Below are positions 44,813 through 56,569 of a stretch of 56,569 nucleotides of DNA, in pieces. The stretch is from Candidatus Limnocylindrus sp. (GTDB taxonomy: Bacteria; Chloroflexota; Limnocylindria; Limnocylindrales; Limnocylindraceae), in assembly GCA_040397175.1 (NCBI GenBank), contig JBBAWM010000005.1, positions 1 through 56,569 on the forward strand, read 5' to 3'. Within the stretch, counting starts at the first letter, position 1; every line of letters begins with the position of its first letter. Made by a program: the position numbers and the translations under genes. The notes below the pieces were generated by a model. It saw nothing but the letters and a program-made list of their open reading frames with translations. It was not told the DNA's origin and searched no databases.

Positions 44813-45588
44813 TGAACGTGACCCTCTTCCGCCGATTGCTCCGCGGCCACCGTATTCGCCTTGGGGTTGGACTCGCAGTGGTGGTGGTCTGGTCGCTCCT
44901 CTTCCCGGTGATCTACAAGGCCTTCCAGGACTCGATCTCGGGGAAGCCGATCCCGCCTGGAGCGGGGAACTTTTCGACGCTCGCGGGAACGATCTCGGTC
45001 GGTTTCATTCACCCAATCTCCATCGCCCTCTTCGGCATCTTGAGCGCAGGCCTCACCGTGGGTGCTCTATCGGGCGAGCGACAGCGCGGCACGTTGGAGC
45101 TGCTCCTCAGCCGTCCCCTTAGCCGCCGCACAATCTTGATCACGATGCTCATTGAAGGCTGGGTCGGCGCTGCCCTCGTCTCGTTTGCCTACATCGTGGG
45201 CACCGTGCTTGGCGCGCAGATCGCCGGAGTCACCGACCAACTTGCGTTTGAACAGCTGCCAATCCTCTGGGCATACGGCGCCCTCTTCTGGGGCATGTTC
45301 GCAACGATCGGCATCGCCACCAGCGCCAGCTTCGACAACACCGCGCCATCCATGGCGATCACCGTCTCGTTCATCATGGCGAACTACATCATTGAGGTGA
45401 TCGGCTCCTTCTGGGACGTAGTGGAGCCGTATCGCTTCCTCTCGCTCTTCAATCACTTCTCGCCGGTCGACCTGCTCAACGGCACAGTCGATAGTTCATC
45501 AGCGCTGATCTTCGGCGTCGTCACTCTGATCGCTGCGGGCTGGGCTCTCTACATCTTCCCGCGCCGCGACCTCGCCGCGCCGAACTGA
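44809..45588 (+). CDS. ABC-2 type permease
   Basis: GERQRGTLELLLSRPLSR; C-terminal FPRRDL. Confidence 0.88.
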   Translation: MMNVTLFRRLLRGHRIRLGVGLAVVVVWSLLFPVIYKAFQDSISGKPIPPGAGNFSTLAGTISVGFIHPISIALFGILSAGLTVGALSGERQRGTLELLLSRPLSRRTILITMLIEGWVGAALVSFAYIVGTVLGAQIAGVTDQLAFEQLPILWAYGALFWGMFATIGIATSASFDNTAPSMAITVSFIMANYIIEVIGSFWDVVEPYRFLSLFNHFSPVDLLNGTVDSSSALIFGVVTLIAAGWALYIFPRRDLAAPN

Positions 45589-45616
45589 TCTACGTCGCGC
45601 ATACGCGCGACGTCAG

Positions 45617-46840
45617 CTACACGATTCGCGAGAAGAGTTCGTTGCTCAGTAGGCGGCCGCGCAGCGTCAACTGAATACACGATGCATTGCTCGGGTGTGG
45701 CGCGAGCAGCCCGTTGGATTCACCCCACGTGATTGCCTCACCGAATCCGTCGCGCACAGCTACGTCACGCTCGACACCGCGCGCCATGCGCAGCGCCAAC
45801 ACCAAGCCCTCTGCGGCGCCTGCAGCTCCGTTCTCAGCGGGCGATTCGCCACCCGGTGGAAGTTCTCCTTGCTGCAGTGCCCCCTCCCAGGCGTCAAGGT
45901 TGGCCGAGTTCCAGCGGCGCGTGACCCCATCAAAGGCGTGCGCGCCTGGGCCAACGGCGGCAACGCTGGCGCGCTCCCAGTAGAGGGTGTTGTGCCGCGA
46001 TGCATGACCGGCGGTTGCCCAGTTGCTGATCTCGTACCAGTCGTGGCCGGCGGCCGGGAGGCGGCTGTTGAGGTGCTCGAGCTCCAGCGCGCCGCGCTCT
46101 TCATCCTGGGCGGCGGCGGCGCGCTCCCGCCAGGCGACGGCGCCCGCGGGGGTGGCGAGGCGATCGTCGCCCGCCTCATCGGGGCCGAGGCTGAGGGTGA
46201 GGGCATACACGCTGAGGTGGTCGGGGGCGAGGGCGATCGCCGCATCAAGGCTCGCCGCCCAGGCATCAAACGGCAGATCAGGCAGATCGGCGAGCAGGTC
46301 CATGGAGAGGCTGGCGAACCCTGCATCTCGAGCGGCAGCAGCCGTCGCCACCACATCGTCGGGGGTGTGCCGCCGACCAAGGGAACGGAGGGCGGTGGTA
46401 TCCATCACCTGCACGCCAACGCTGAGTCGAGTAACGCCAGCCTGCACAACACCGGCCAGGTCCCCGCGCTCGTCGGCACCTGGGTTCGCCTCGAGGGTCA
46501 CCTCGGCGTCTGGGGTGAGCCCGAAACGATCACGGATACGGTCGATTAGCGCGGCGAGGCGATCGGTTGGCAGAAGCGATGGAGTGCCACCACCGAGGTA
46601 GAGCGTCTCGAGCGGCTGGCGATCTGCGGAGCCGAGGTTGCCGAACTGTGCATCGGCCAGCTTCGCGCGCAGATCAATCTCTTGTTCAACCGCATTGAGA
46701 TAGCCGCCCATGCGCGAGCGCGGGCCAAAGGCTGCAGCACCCGCAACAACCACAAAGTCGCAGTACGGACAGAGCGAACGACAGAAGGGAACATGCAGAT
46801 AGAGTCCGCGCGGAGGCGCAGGCTGCGCGCCTAACGTCAC
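45617..46840 (-). CDS. hemW: Radical SAM heme chaperone HemW (HemN-like)
   Basis: LYLHVPFCRSLCPYCDF, YLGGGTPS, EANP, YEISNW, SRHNTLYW; follows lepA. Confidence 0.88.
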   Translation of the reverse strand: MTLGAQPAPPRGLYLHVPFCRSLCPYCDFVVVAGAAAFGPRSRMGGYLNAVEQEIDLRAKLADAQFGNLGSADRQPLETLYLGGGTPSLLPTDRLAALIDRIRDRFGLTPDAEVTLEANPGADERGDLAGVVQAGVTRLSVGVQVMDTTALRSLGRRHTPDDVVATAAAARDAGFASLSMDLLADLPDLPFDAWAASLDAAIALAPDHLSVYALTLSLGPDEAGDDRLATPAGAVAWRERAAAAQDEERGALELEHLNSRLPAAGHDWYEISNWATAGHASRHNTLYWERASVAAVGPGAHAFDGVTRRWNSANLDAWEGALQQGELPPGGESPAENGAAGAAEGLVLALRMARGVERDVAVRDGFGEAITWGESNGLLAPHPSNASCIQLTLRGRLLSNELFSRIV

Positions 46841-46841
46841 G

Positions 46842-48656
46842 TTAATCGGCGTCGGTGCGCAAGACGGCGAGGAAGGCCTCTTGCGGAATCTCAACGGAGC
46901 CGACGCGCTTCATGCGCTCCTTCCCCTCTTTCTGCTTTTCAAGGAGCTTCTTCTTTCGCGTGATGTCGCCGCCGTAGCACTTCGCGAGCACGTTCTTACG
47001 GACCGCCTTCACCGTCTCGCGCGCGATCACCGTGCCACCGATTGCCGCCTGAATCGGCACCTCAAACATTTGGCGCGGAATGAGCTCCTTCAGTTTTGAG
47101 GCGAGGTTTCTTCCCGCGCTCTGCGCGCGGTCGCGGTGGATGATGGTGCTGAGCGCATCTACCGGTTCGCCGTTGACGAGAATGTCGAGCTTCACCAGCG
47201 GTGCGACGCGATATTCAGATTCGACGTAATCGAGAGAGGCATATCCTTGTGTACGGCTCTTCAACTGATCAAAGTAATCAACGATCAGTTCGGCGAGCGG
47301 AATCTGGAAGCGCATCACCACGCGCTTCTCGTCGAGGTACTCCATTCCCTCAAAGATGCCGCGCTTGTCGGTGGAGAGCTCCATGATCGTGCCGATGTAG
47401 GTCGATGGGGTCACGACCGAGGCGGCCACCCAGGGCTCGCGGATCTCATCGATGTGGTTCGGGCTCGGGAGCTGAGCAGGGTTATTGATCAGCAGCTCCC
47501 CCTTCTCGTTGTTGAGCATCACCTGATACTTGCAGGAGGGGGCCGAGGCGATCAGCTGCAGGTTGAATTCACGCTCAAGTCGCTCCTGCACGATCTCCAT
47601 ATGGAGGAGGCCCAGGAAGCCGCAGCGGAAGCCGAATCCAAGGGCGGCCGAAGACTCCGCCTCAAAGGTGAAGCTGGCATCGTTGAGGTGCAGCTTCTCG
47701 AGCGCCTCGCGCAGCGCGGGGTAATCCTCTCCGCTGAGTGGGTAGAGACCGGCGAAGACGAGTGGCAGCGCGACCTGGTAGCCAGGGAGTGGTTCGGCTG
47801 CAGGGCTCGTTTGCGATGTGACCGTGTCGCCAACACGCGCATCGCGCACACTCTTGAGGCCAGTCGCGATGTAGCCGACCTCGCCGGCGACCAACTCTTG
47901 TACTGGCACGTGTTGCGGTCGGAAGTAACCGAGCTCAACTGGCACGCAGGTCACGCCAGAGCCCATCATCTGAATCGGATCGCCCGCCTTGAGTCGTCCC
48001 TCTTGCACGCGGATGTAGTTCACCACACCCTTGTACGTGTCGTAGTGCGAATCAAAGACAAGCGCGCGTAGCGGCGCGTCGAGTGGTCCGCTCGGCGCTG
48101 GGATGCGCGCGACGAGCGCCTCGAGAATTTCGGCGATGCCGATGCCCGCTTTCGCCGAGGCGAGGATGACCTCTTCCCGTGGAATGGCGAGTGAATCTTC
48201 CAACTCACCCATCACCATCTCAGGGTCGGCGGCGGGGAGATCGATCTTGTTAAGGACTGGAATGATCACCAGGCCGAGCTTCATCGCAAGGTGCACGTTG
48301 GCAAGCGTCTGCGCCTCGATCCCCTGGCTGGCATCAACGACCAAGATGGCGCCGTCGCAGGCCTGCAGGCTGCGTGAGACTTCGTAGGCGAAGTCAACGT
48401 GGCCAGGGGTATCAATCAGGTTGAGACCGTACGTGAGGCCATCGTTCGCCACGTAGTCCAGGCGCACCGCGCGCGCCTTGATCGTGATCCCCTTCTCGCG
48501 CTCCAGGTCCATGGAGTCGAGCATCTGCGAGGTCATCAGCCGGGCCTCCACCGTGTGGGTCGCCTCGAGCAGGCGATCGGCCAGGGTCGACTTCCCATGG
48601 TCAATGTGCGCGATGATGCTGAAGTTGCGCAGCCGAGACTGCGGGATGGTGCTCAT
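46842..48656 (-). CDS. lepA: Translation elongation factor 4
   Basis: [34 protein letters not shown]. Confidence 0.98.
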   Translation of the reverse strand: MSTIPQSRLRNFSIIAHIDHGKSTLADRLLEATHTVEARLMTSQMLDSMDLEREKGITIKARAVRLDYVANDGLTYGLNLIDTPGHVDFAYEVSRSLQACDGAILVVDASQGIEAQTLANVHLAMKLGLVIIPVLNKIDLPAADPEMVMGELEDSLAIPREEVILASAKAGIGIAEILEALVARIPAPSGPLDAPLRALVFDSHYDTYKGVVNYIRVQEGRLKAGDPIQMMGSGVTCVPVELGYFRPQHVPVQELVAGEVGYIATGLKSVRDARVGDTVTSQTSPAAEPLPGYQVALPLVFAGLYPLSGEDYPALREALEKLHLNDASFTFEAESSAALGFGFRCGFLGLLHMEIVQERLEREFNLQLIASAPSCKYQVMLNNEKGELLINNPAQLPSPNHIDEIREPWVAASVVTPSTYIGTIMELSTDKRGIFEGMEYLDEKRVVMRFQIPLAELIVDYFDQLKSRTQGYASLDYVESEYRVAPLVKLDILVNGEPVDALSTIIHRDRAQSAGRNLASKLKELIPRQMFEVPIQAAIGGTVIARETVKAVRKNVLAKCYGGDITRKKKLLEKQKEGKERMKRVGSVEIPQEAFLAVLRTDAD

Positions 48657-48777
48657 GGCCTAAGGATCGCACGCTCTCGCCAGCGCCGCCGAAGGGCGCC
48701 TACAGAGGAGCGTGGCGGAGCCTCTGCTACGATCGCCCGACGGCTCAACCGAGCCCCAGAAGCTGATGGAGTGACCA

Positions 48778-49221
48778 ATGGGAAAGACCCCACGTACGTA
48801 CAAGGGTGCACGAACACCACAGTCGCTAAAAGAGGTTCGCGCCTCTGCCCGCCGCAACGCGGTGCAGCAGCCACAGCGAACCGCCGCTAAGAGCCTCGTC
48901 GCGAAGGCGCTCGAGATCATCACGGGCCAGACCCAGGGTGACACCGCCGCCGCCGTCAATAAGGCGTCGAGCGCCCTTGACCGCGCTGCGAAGCACGGCG
49001 CCATTCACAAGAACGCTGCGGCCCGACGCAAGTCGCGCCTCGCCAAGAAGGCTGCGCGAGCAGCTGCTGCTGGTGGCGTAATGCCGAAGGTCGTCAACAA
49101 GAAGAAGTCGGCACCGAAGAAGGCCGCCGCACCAAAGGCTGAGGCCGCCGCTGCAAAGCCGGCCGCCAAGAAGCCAGCCGCAAAGAAGCCTGCTGCCAAG
49201 AAGGCGGCGCCAAAGGCCTAA
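48778..49221 (+). CDS. rpsT: 30S ribosomal protein S20 with a Lys/Ala/Pro-rich C-terminal tail
   Basis: LDRAAKHGAIHKNAAARRKSRL; divergent from lepA as is common. Confidence 0.93.
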   Translation: MGKTPRTYKGARTPQSLKEVRASARRNAVQQPQRTAAKSLVAKALEIITGQTQGDTAAAVNKASSALDRAAKHGAIHKNAAARRKSRLAKKAARAAAAGGVMPKVVNKKKSAPKKAAAPKAEAAAAKPAAKKPAAKKPAAKKAAPKA

Positions 49222-49276
49222 GCGAACGAATCGATCGGCCGCCCGCTGCGCCATGCGCAGTGTGGCGGAACGACGA

Positions 49277-52986
<3,710 letters not shown>

Positions 52987-52994
<8 letters not shown>

Positions 52995-53994
52995 GCGTCG
53001 CCACGTAGCGCACCAGGTCAGCAACGCGGCAGCTATAGCCCCACTCGTTGTCGTACCAGGTGACGATCTTCACGAACTTGTCGCCGACCATCATCGTGCT
53101 CAGCGTGTCGATGATCGACGAGCGAGTGTCGCCCTTGTAGTCCGACGACACCAATGGCTCATCCGAGACGCCGAGGATGCCCGCCATTGGTCCAGCCTCA
53201 GCCACACGGAACGCGGCATGGATCGCATCAATGCTTGCCGATCGCTCCAACTCTGCGGTGAAGTCCACGATGCTCACCGTTGGGGTTGGAACGCGAATGC
53301 TGTAGCCGCCGAAGCGACCTTCCAGCTCTGGAATGACGCGCGAGATTGCCGCTGCGGCTCCTGTTGACGCCGGCACCAGGTTGAGACTTGCAGCGCGTGC
53401 GCGGCGCGGATCGCTATGCGCAACGTCGAGTATGCGCTGATCGTTGGTAAAGCTATGGATGGTGGTCATCAAGGCGCGCGCGATCCCCCACCCATCAGAG
53501 ACGATCTTCGCTGCGGGCGCCAAGCAGTTTGTGGTGCAGCTGGCATTCGAGATGATGTGATGCTTCGCCGGGTCGTACCGCTTCTCGTTCACGCCCATCA
53601 CGATCGTCAAGTCTTCCCCCGTCGCTGGCGCGCTGATGATGACCTTCTTGGCACCAGCGGTGCGGTGGGCCGCAGCCTTCTCAGCGTTGGTGAAGAGACC
53701 AGTCGATTCGACAACGATGTCAACACCAAGTTCGCCCCACGGCAATCCCGCAGGATCTTTGCTCGCCAACACCTTGATACGACGGCCGTCGATGACGAGC
53801 TCGTCCTCTTCGGCGGCTACGCTCCCGGGATAGATGCCGTAGGTGGAGTCGTACTTAAAGAGGTGTGCGTTCATCTTCGGATCAACGAGGTCGTTGATCG
53901 CCACCACCTCCACCTCAGGCGTCCGTTGGATGATTGCCTTCAGGCTTTGCCGCCCGATACGGCCGAAGCCGTTAATGCCTACGCGTACGGTCAT
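52987..53994 (-). CDS. gap: Glyceraldehyde-3-phosphate dehydrogenase (type I)
   Basis: [26 protein letters not shown]. Confidence 0.98.
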
Positions 53995-55046
53995 CGAGTG
54001 TCCCCCTTCGATTTCACCGCTACGACCCGCTCCCACTCCGGGTTGCCGATTCGTCCGACAACCATTGGATGGCAGCCTGCCAGGCTCACGTCCCCGCCGA
54101 GCTCGGCGGGGTGAACGGAAACTCTCCGCCCTGGAACCTTGAAGCTATTGTCACCGATCTCCCCCTGAATACGCGAATGGAGCCCCTCCCAGTGCGCCTC
54201 GGCGAAGGATCCACCGATGATGATTCGGGTGGGATTGAACACGTTGACGAACCCGGCGACCGCCCGGCTGATCGCGAGCAGGGCGTGATCGATGAGCCCC
54301 TGGGCGACGCGGTCCCCCGCGGCGGCCCCCTCGGTCACCTCTTTGGCGCTGACCTGACCCTTCGGATGCGCGGCGAGCCAGGCGGCGAGCCATGGGCTCG
54401 CGCCACTCGCCGCAGCCTCGCCCCCCGTGCGCGCAAGTGCCACGCCCGAGGCGTGCGCCTCGAGGTGTCCGATGCCGCCGCATGAGCATCGTGGTCCGTC
54501 AAGCGTGATCGGCGCATGGCCGATCTCAATCCCTGTGTCATCGGGCCCCGTGTAGAGGCGACCGTCGCTAATGACCGCACCGCCGAGACCGGTGCTGATC
54601 GTGATGTAGAGGAGATCGTCAATGCCACGCCCAGCACCGAACGCACGCTCACCAAGGATCGCCACCTTCGTGTCGTGCTCAAGGAGCGCCGGTAGGTGCA
54701 GCGCCGCACTGATCGGACCCGCAAGATCCGTGCCTGGAAAGGTGGGGCCGAGATTCGGAGTTTCGACCGCGATCCCGCGCCACGGATCAAGCGGACCTGG
54801 CGCGCTGATGCCGATGCCAACGATTCGTGCGGTTGCAGCTGGATCTTCGGCGTGTGCCGCAGCTCGCGCCTGCTGGAGCGTACTAATGCATGTCGTGATG
54901 ATTGCGGCGGGGCCGCCACTTAGGGGCGTCACGCTCGCTGCGCGACCGATGCGCGTACCATCCGCGCGCACGACCGCCGCACGAATCTGCGTCCCACCGA
55001 GATCGAGGGCGAGGACGGTCGCATCAGCGGACGGGGCGGTCATCAC
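53991..55046 (-). CDS. ROK family sugar kinase (glucokinase-like)
   Basis: [26 protein letters not shown]. Confidence 0.9.
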   Translation of the reverse strand: MMTAPSADATVLALDLGGTQIRAAVVRADGTRIGRAASVTPLSGGPAAIITTCISTLQQARAAAHAEDPAATARIVGIGISAPGPLDPWRGIAVETPNLGPTFPGTDLAGPISAALHLPALLEHDTKVAILGERAFGAGRGIDDLLYITISTGLGGAVISDGRLYTGPDDTGIEIGHAPITLDGPRCSCGGIGHLEAHASGVALARTGGEAAASGASPWLAAWLAAHPKGQVSAKEVTEGAAAGDRVAQGLIDHALLAISRAVAGFVNVFNPTRIIIGGSFAEAHWEGLHSRIQGEIGDNSFKVPGRRVSVHPAELGGDVSLAGCHPMVVGRIGNPEWERVVAVKSKGDTR

Positions 55047-55071
55047 TCCTCCAGGCTCACCATGAGCTCAC

Positions 55072-55110
55072 TGTGGATAACTTTGTGCGTGGTGTGGCGA
55101 GTTATGCACA
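55072..55110. promoter_or_regulatory. Pair of inverted DnaA-box-like 9-mers
   Basis: TGTGGATAA (reverse complement TTATCCACA) at 55072-55080 and TTATGCACA at 55102-55110. Confidence 0.55.
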
Positions 55111-55203
55111 ACTCGCGAGAAGCGGCGCGGCCCCCGACCGGTCTCCCAGTCGAGGGCCGCCTGGCCGCTATGCAATCGCCGTGTGGCGATCGCGCGTTGT
55201 TAA

Positions 55204-55344
55204 TCAGCCACCGATCTTGAAGACCTTGGTGCCGCACACTGGGCACTTGCCCTCGAGCGCTGGCTTGCCGTTCTTCATCGTGACCTTCTTCGTGTCGATC
55301 GCTTCGCGCTTTGCCTTGCACTTCACGCAATAAACTTCGGCCAT
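55204..55344 (-). CDS. 46-aa zinc-ribbon protein (DUF5679-like), below the ORF-track size cutoff
   Basis: MAEVYCVKCKAKREAIDTKKVTMKNGKPALEGKCPVCGTKVFKIGG; SD GGAGGT. Confidence 0.88.
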   Translation of the reverse strand: MAEVYCVKCKAKREAIDTKKVTMKNGKPALEGKCPVCGTKVFKIGG

Positions 55345-55412
55345 CGTGTGTACCTCCACAAACCGGAGCGTGAGCTCCGATCTACCTTGACCCCAATCGG
55401 GGCACGTGCCTC

Positions 55413-55430
55413 CTTGGTAGCGTTACCAAG
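55413..55430. promoter_or_regulatory. Palindrome resembling a LacI/GalR-family operator
   Basis: CTTGGTA-GCGT-TACCAAG; the core TGGTAGCGTTACCA fits TGnnAnCGnTnnCA. Confidence 0.55.
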
Positions 55431-55467
55431 CGCTGATCGGTGGGGAGCCACGCGACCCCTCGCACGA

Positions 55468-56569
55468 TCACCGTAGTTGAGGATAGGGAGCACGCCCCGC
55501 ACGGTCAACCCTGCCCCCCGCACGAATCCCTTGTGGCACAGCCTGTGCCTCTCCGCACAACGGGAGCACGACCAGTGGGGAGCCCTTACCCCCCAGAAGT
55601 GCAAGTCTTCCCTGCCACACCCGCAGGATCCGAGAGACCCGCCTGGCCCACCACGTTTGAACTCCGCTTGGCATGGCAATCGAGGGGGTCCCAGCAGCCA
55701 ACATCGGCACGACGACCCGCTCGGCAACGGGCGGTGTGCCCTCAATCACGCTCGTGGGCACCGGTAGAGGGGCAACTGGGCGGCTCGCCGCCATCGCCAG
55801 CGCCCAGAGGCGATAGCCACCTCCAGCCGACCCCGCCCGCTGGTGCACCACCCCCCGCACGATAATCTCGCTCTTTGTTACAAGAAGCGCCTGGGGAATC
55901 TGGCCGAAGAGGCTCGCCCCCACTCCCACCAGGAGCTCGCCTCCATCTGGGAGCCGCAGGGTCAGGCTGCGCGATCCGCCGGCGAGATCCTTGATGGCGC
56001 CGCTGACGGTGCCTGCAACCTGGATGAGCTGACCCTCCCAGCGCTCCCATGCCCAGGGCCCAGCGGTTGGTGGCGCGACCTCGCGTGCGCTGCGTGGTGC
56101 GGCCCAGCCATCGATTTGTGCGGCGGTCGTGGCGACGATGGTCAGCGCCTGCCGCCGAAGGAGTAGCGTCCCGGAGATCATCACGACATCGCCTCGAGCC
56201 AGGTCGGTGTCCCCACTCTGGGCGAGCACAAACACGCCGATACCCGTCGCCTCATCCTCCACGCAATACAGCCGATCCTCGGCTAACTCCCCCGGTGCAG
56301 CTGAGATTGTTCCGCGCATGGTGACTGTGCTGCCCGGCGACGTACCACGCACCTCCGCTGCGCTTGCGACGCGCGGCGTTGGTGTTGGCGAAGGTTGCGG
56401 CGTCGGGGTCGGAGCCGGAGTAGGGGTAGGTGAGGGCACCGGAGTCGGCGTCGGAGTTGGCGTCATGGTTGGCGCCGGTGTCGGAGTGGGTGTTGGTGTT
56501 GGTGTTGGTGTTGAGGTTGGCGCCGGTGTCGGAGTGGGTGTTGGTGTTGGTGTTGGTGTTGAGGTTGGC
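55468..56569 (-). CDS. C-terminal part of a probable exported protein: Pro/Thr linker plus two OB-fold-like domains (start outside window)
   Basis: PT repeats, then [32 protein letters not shown] and [10 protein letters not shown]. Confidence 0.65.
   Translation of the reverse strand, partial: PTSTPTPTPTPTPTPAPTSTPTPTPTPTPTPAPTMTPTPTPTPVPSPTPTPAPTPTPQPSPTPTPRVASAAEVRGTSPGSTVTMRGTISAAPGELAEDRLYCVEDEATGIGVFVLAQSGDTDLARGDVVMISGTLLLRRQALTIVATTAAQIDGWAAPRSAREVAPPTAGPWAWERWEGQLIQVAGTVSGAIKDLAGGSRSLTLRLPDGGELLVGVGASLFGQIPQALLVTKSEIIVRGVVHQRAGSAGGGYRLWALAMAASRPVAPLPVPTSVIEGTPPVAERVVVPMLAAGTPSIAMPSGVQTWWARRVSRILRVWQGRLALLGGKGSPLVVLPLCGEAQAVPQGIRAGGRVDRAGRAPYPQLR
56467..56569. repeat. Exact 48-bp tandem repeat (at least 2 copies) encoding the PT linker
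   Basis: Unit GGTTGGCGCCGGTGTCGGAGTGGGTGTTGGTGTTGGTGTTGGTGTTGA starts at 56467 and 56515, with a third start at 56563. Confidence 0.9.

Noticed and set aside
55072-55110. Replication origin
   Set aside because: Only two DnaA boxes, no AT-rich unwinding element and no dnaA/dnaN.
56467-56569. CRISPR array
   Set aside because: No spacers; the repeat is in frame and encodes a PT linker; no cas genes.

Overview
High-GC bacterial chromosomal window with no phage, IS element, CRISPR array, rRNA or tRNA seen. The GAAC-N4-GTTC SOS box, HrcA/CIRCE and a DUF5679-type zinc-ribbon gene suggest a Terrabacteria member, plausibly Chloroflexota (inference only). In order: partial adenosylhomocysteinase; MFS exporter; LexA-controlled imuA-imuB-(split ImuB C-domain)-dnaE2 cassette; VanZ-like/amidinotransferase fusion; H1-like basic protein; DEDDh exonuclease islet; tandem TetR genes with two phytoene-desaturase-like flavoproteins and a GcvT-like protein; riboswitch-controlled B12 ABC importer; an unannotated exported pair resembling a caspase-fold protease plus a stand-alone FTP-PepSY lipoprotein; a ~20 kb minus-strand run (hrcA-grpE-dnaK-ABC-dnaJ-prmA-HIT-rpsU-yqeY-ybeY-pth-mfd-apt-pseudo-mtnA-GNAT-manC-manB); a second ABC exporter; hemW-lepA; rpsT; and a glk-gap-pgk-eno operon. 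Best novelty candidates are the protease/propeptide pair, a PGK with a MinD-like membrane-targeting helix on a long disordered arm (with similar tails on other proteins), the VanZ-amidinotransferase fusion and a degenerate MtnA with a twin-arginine-like leader. Many genes appear leaderless, and prmA appears to start at CTG. All family calls come from motif recognition by eye; no database search was run.
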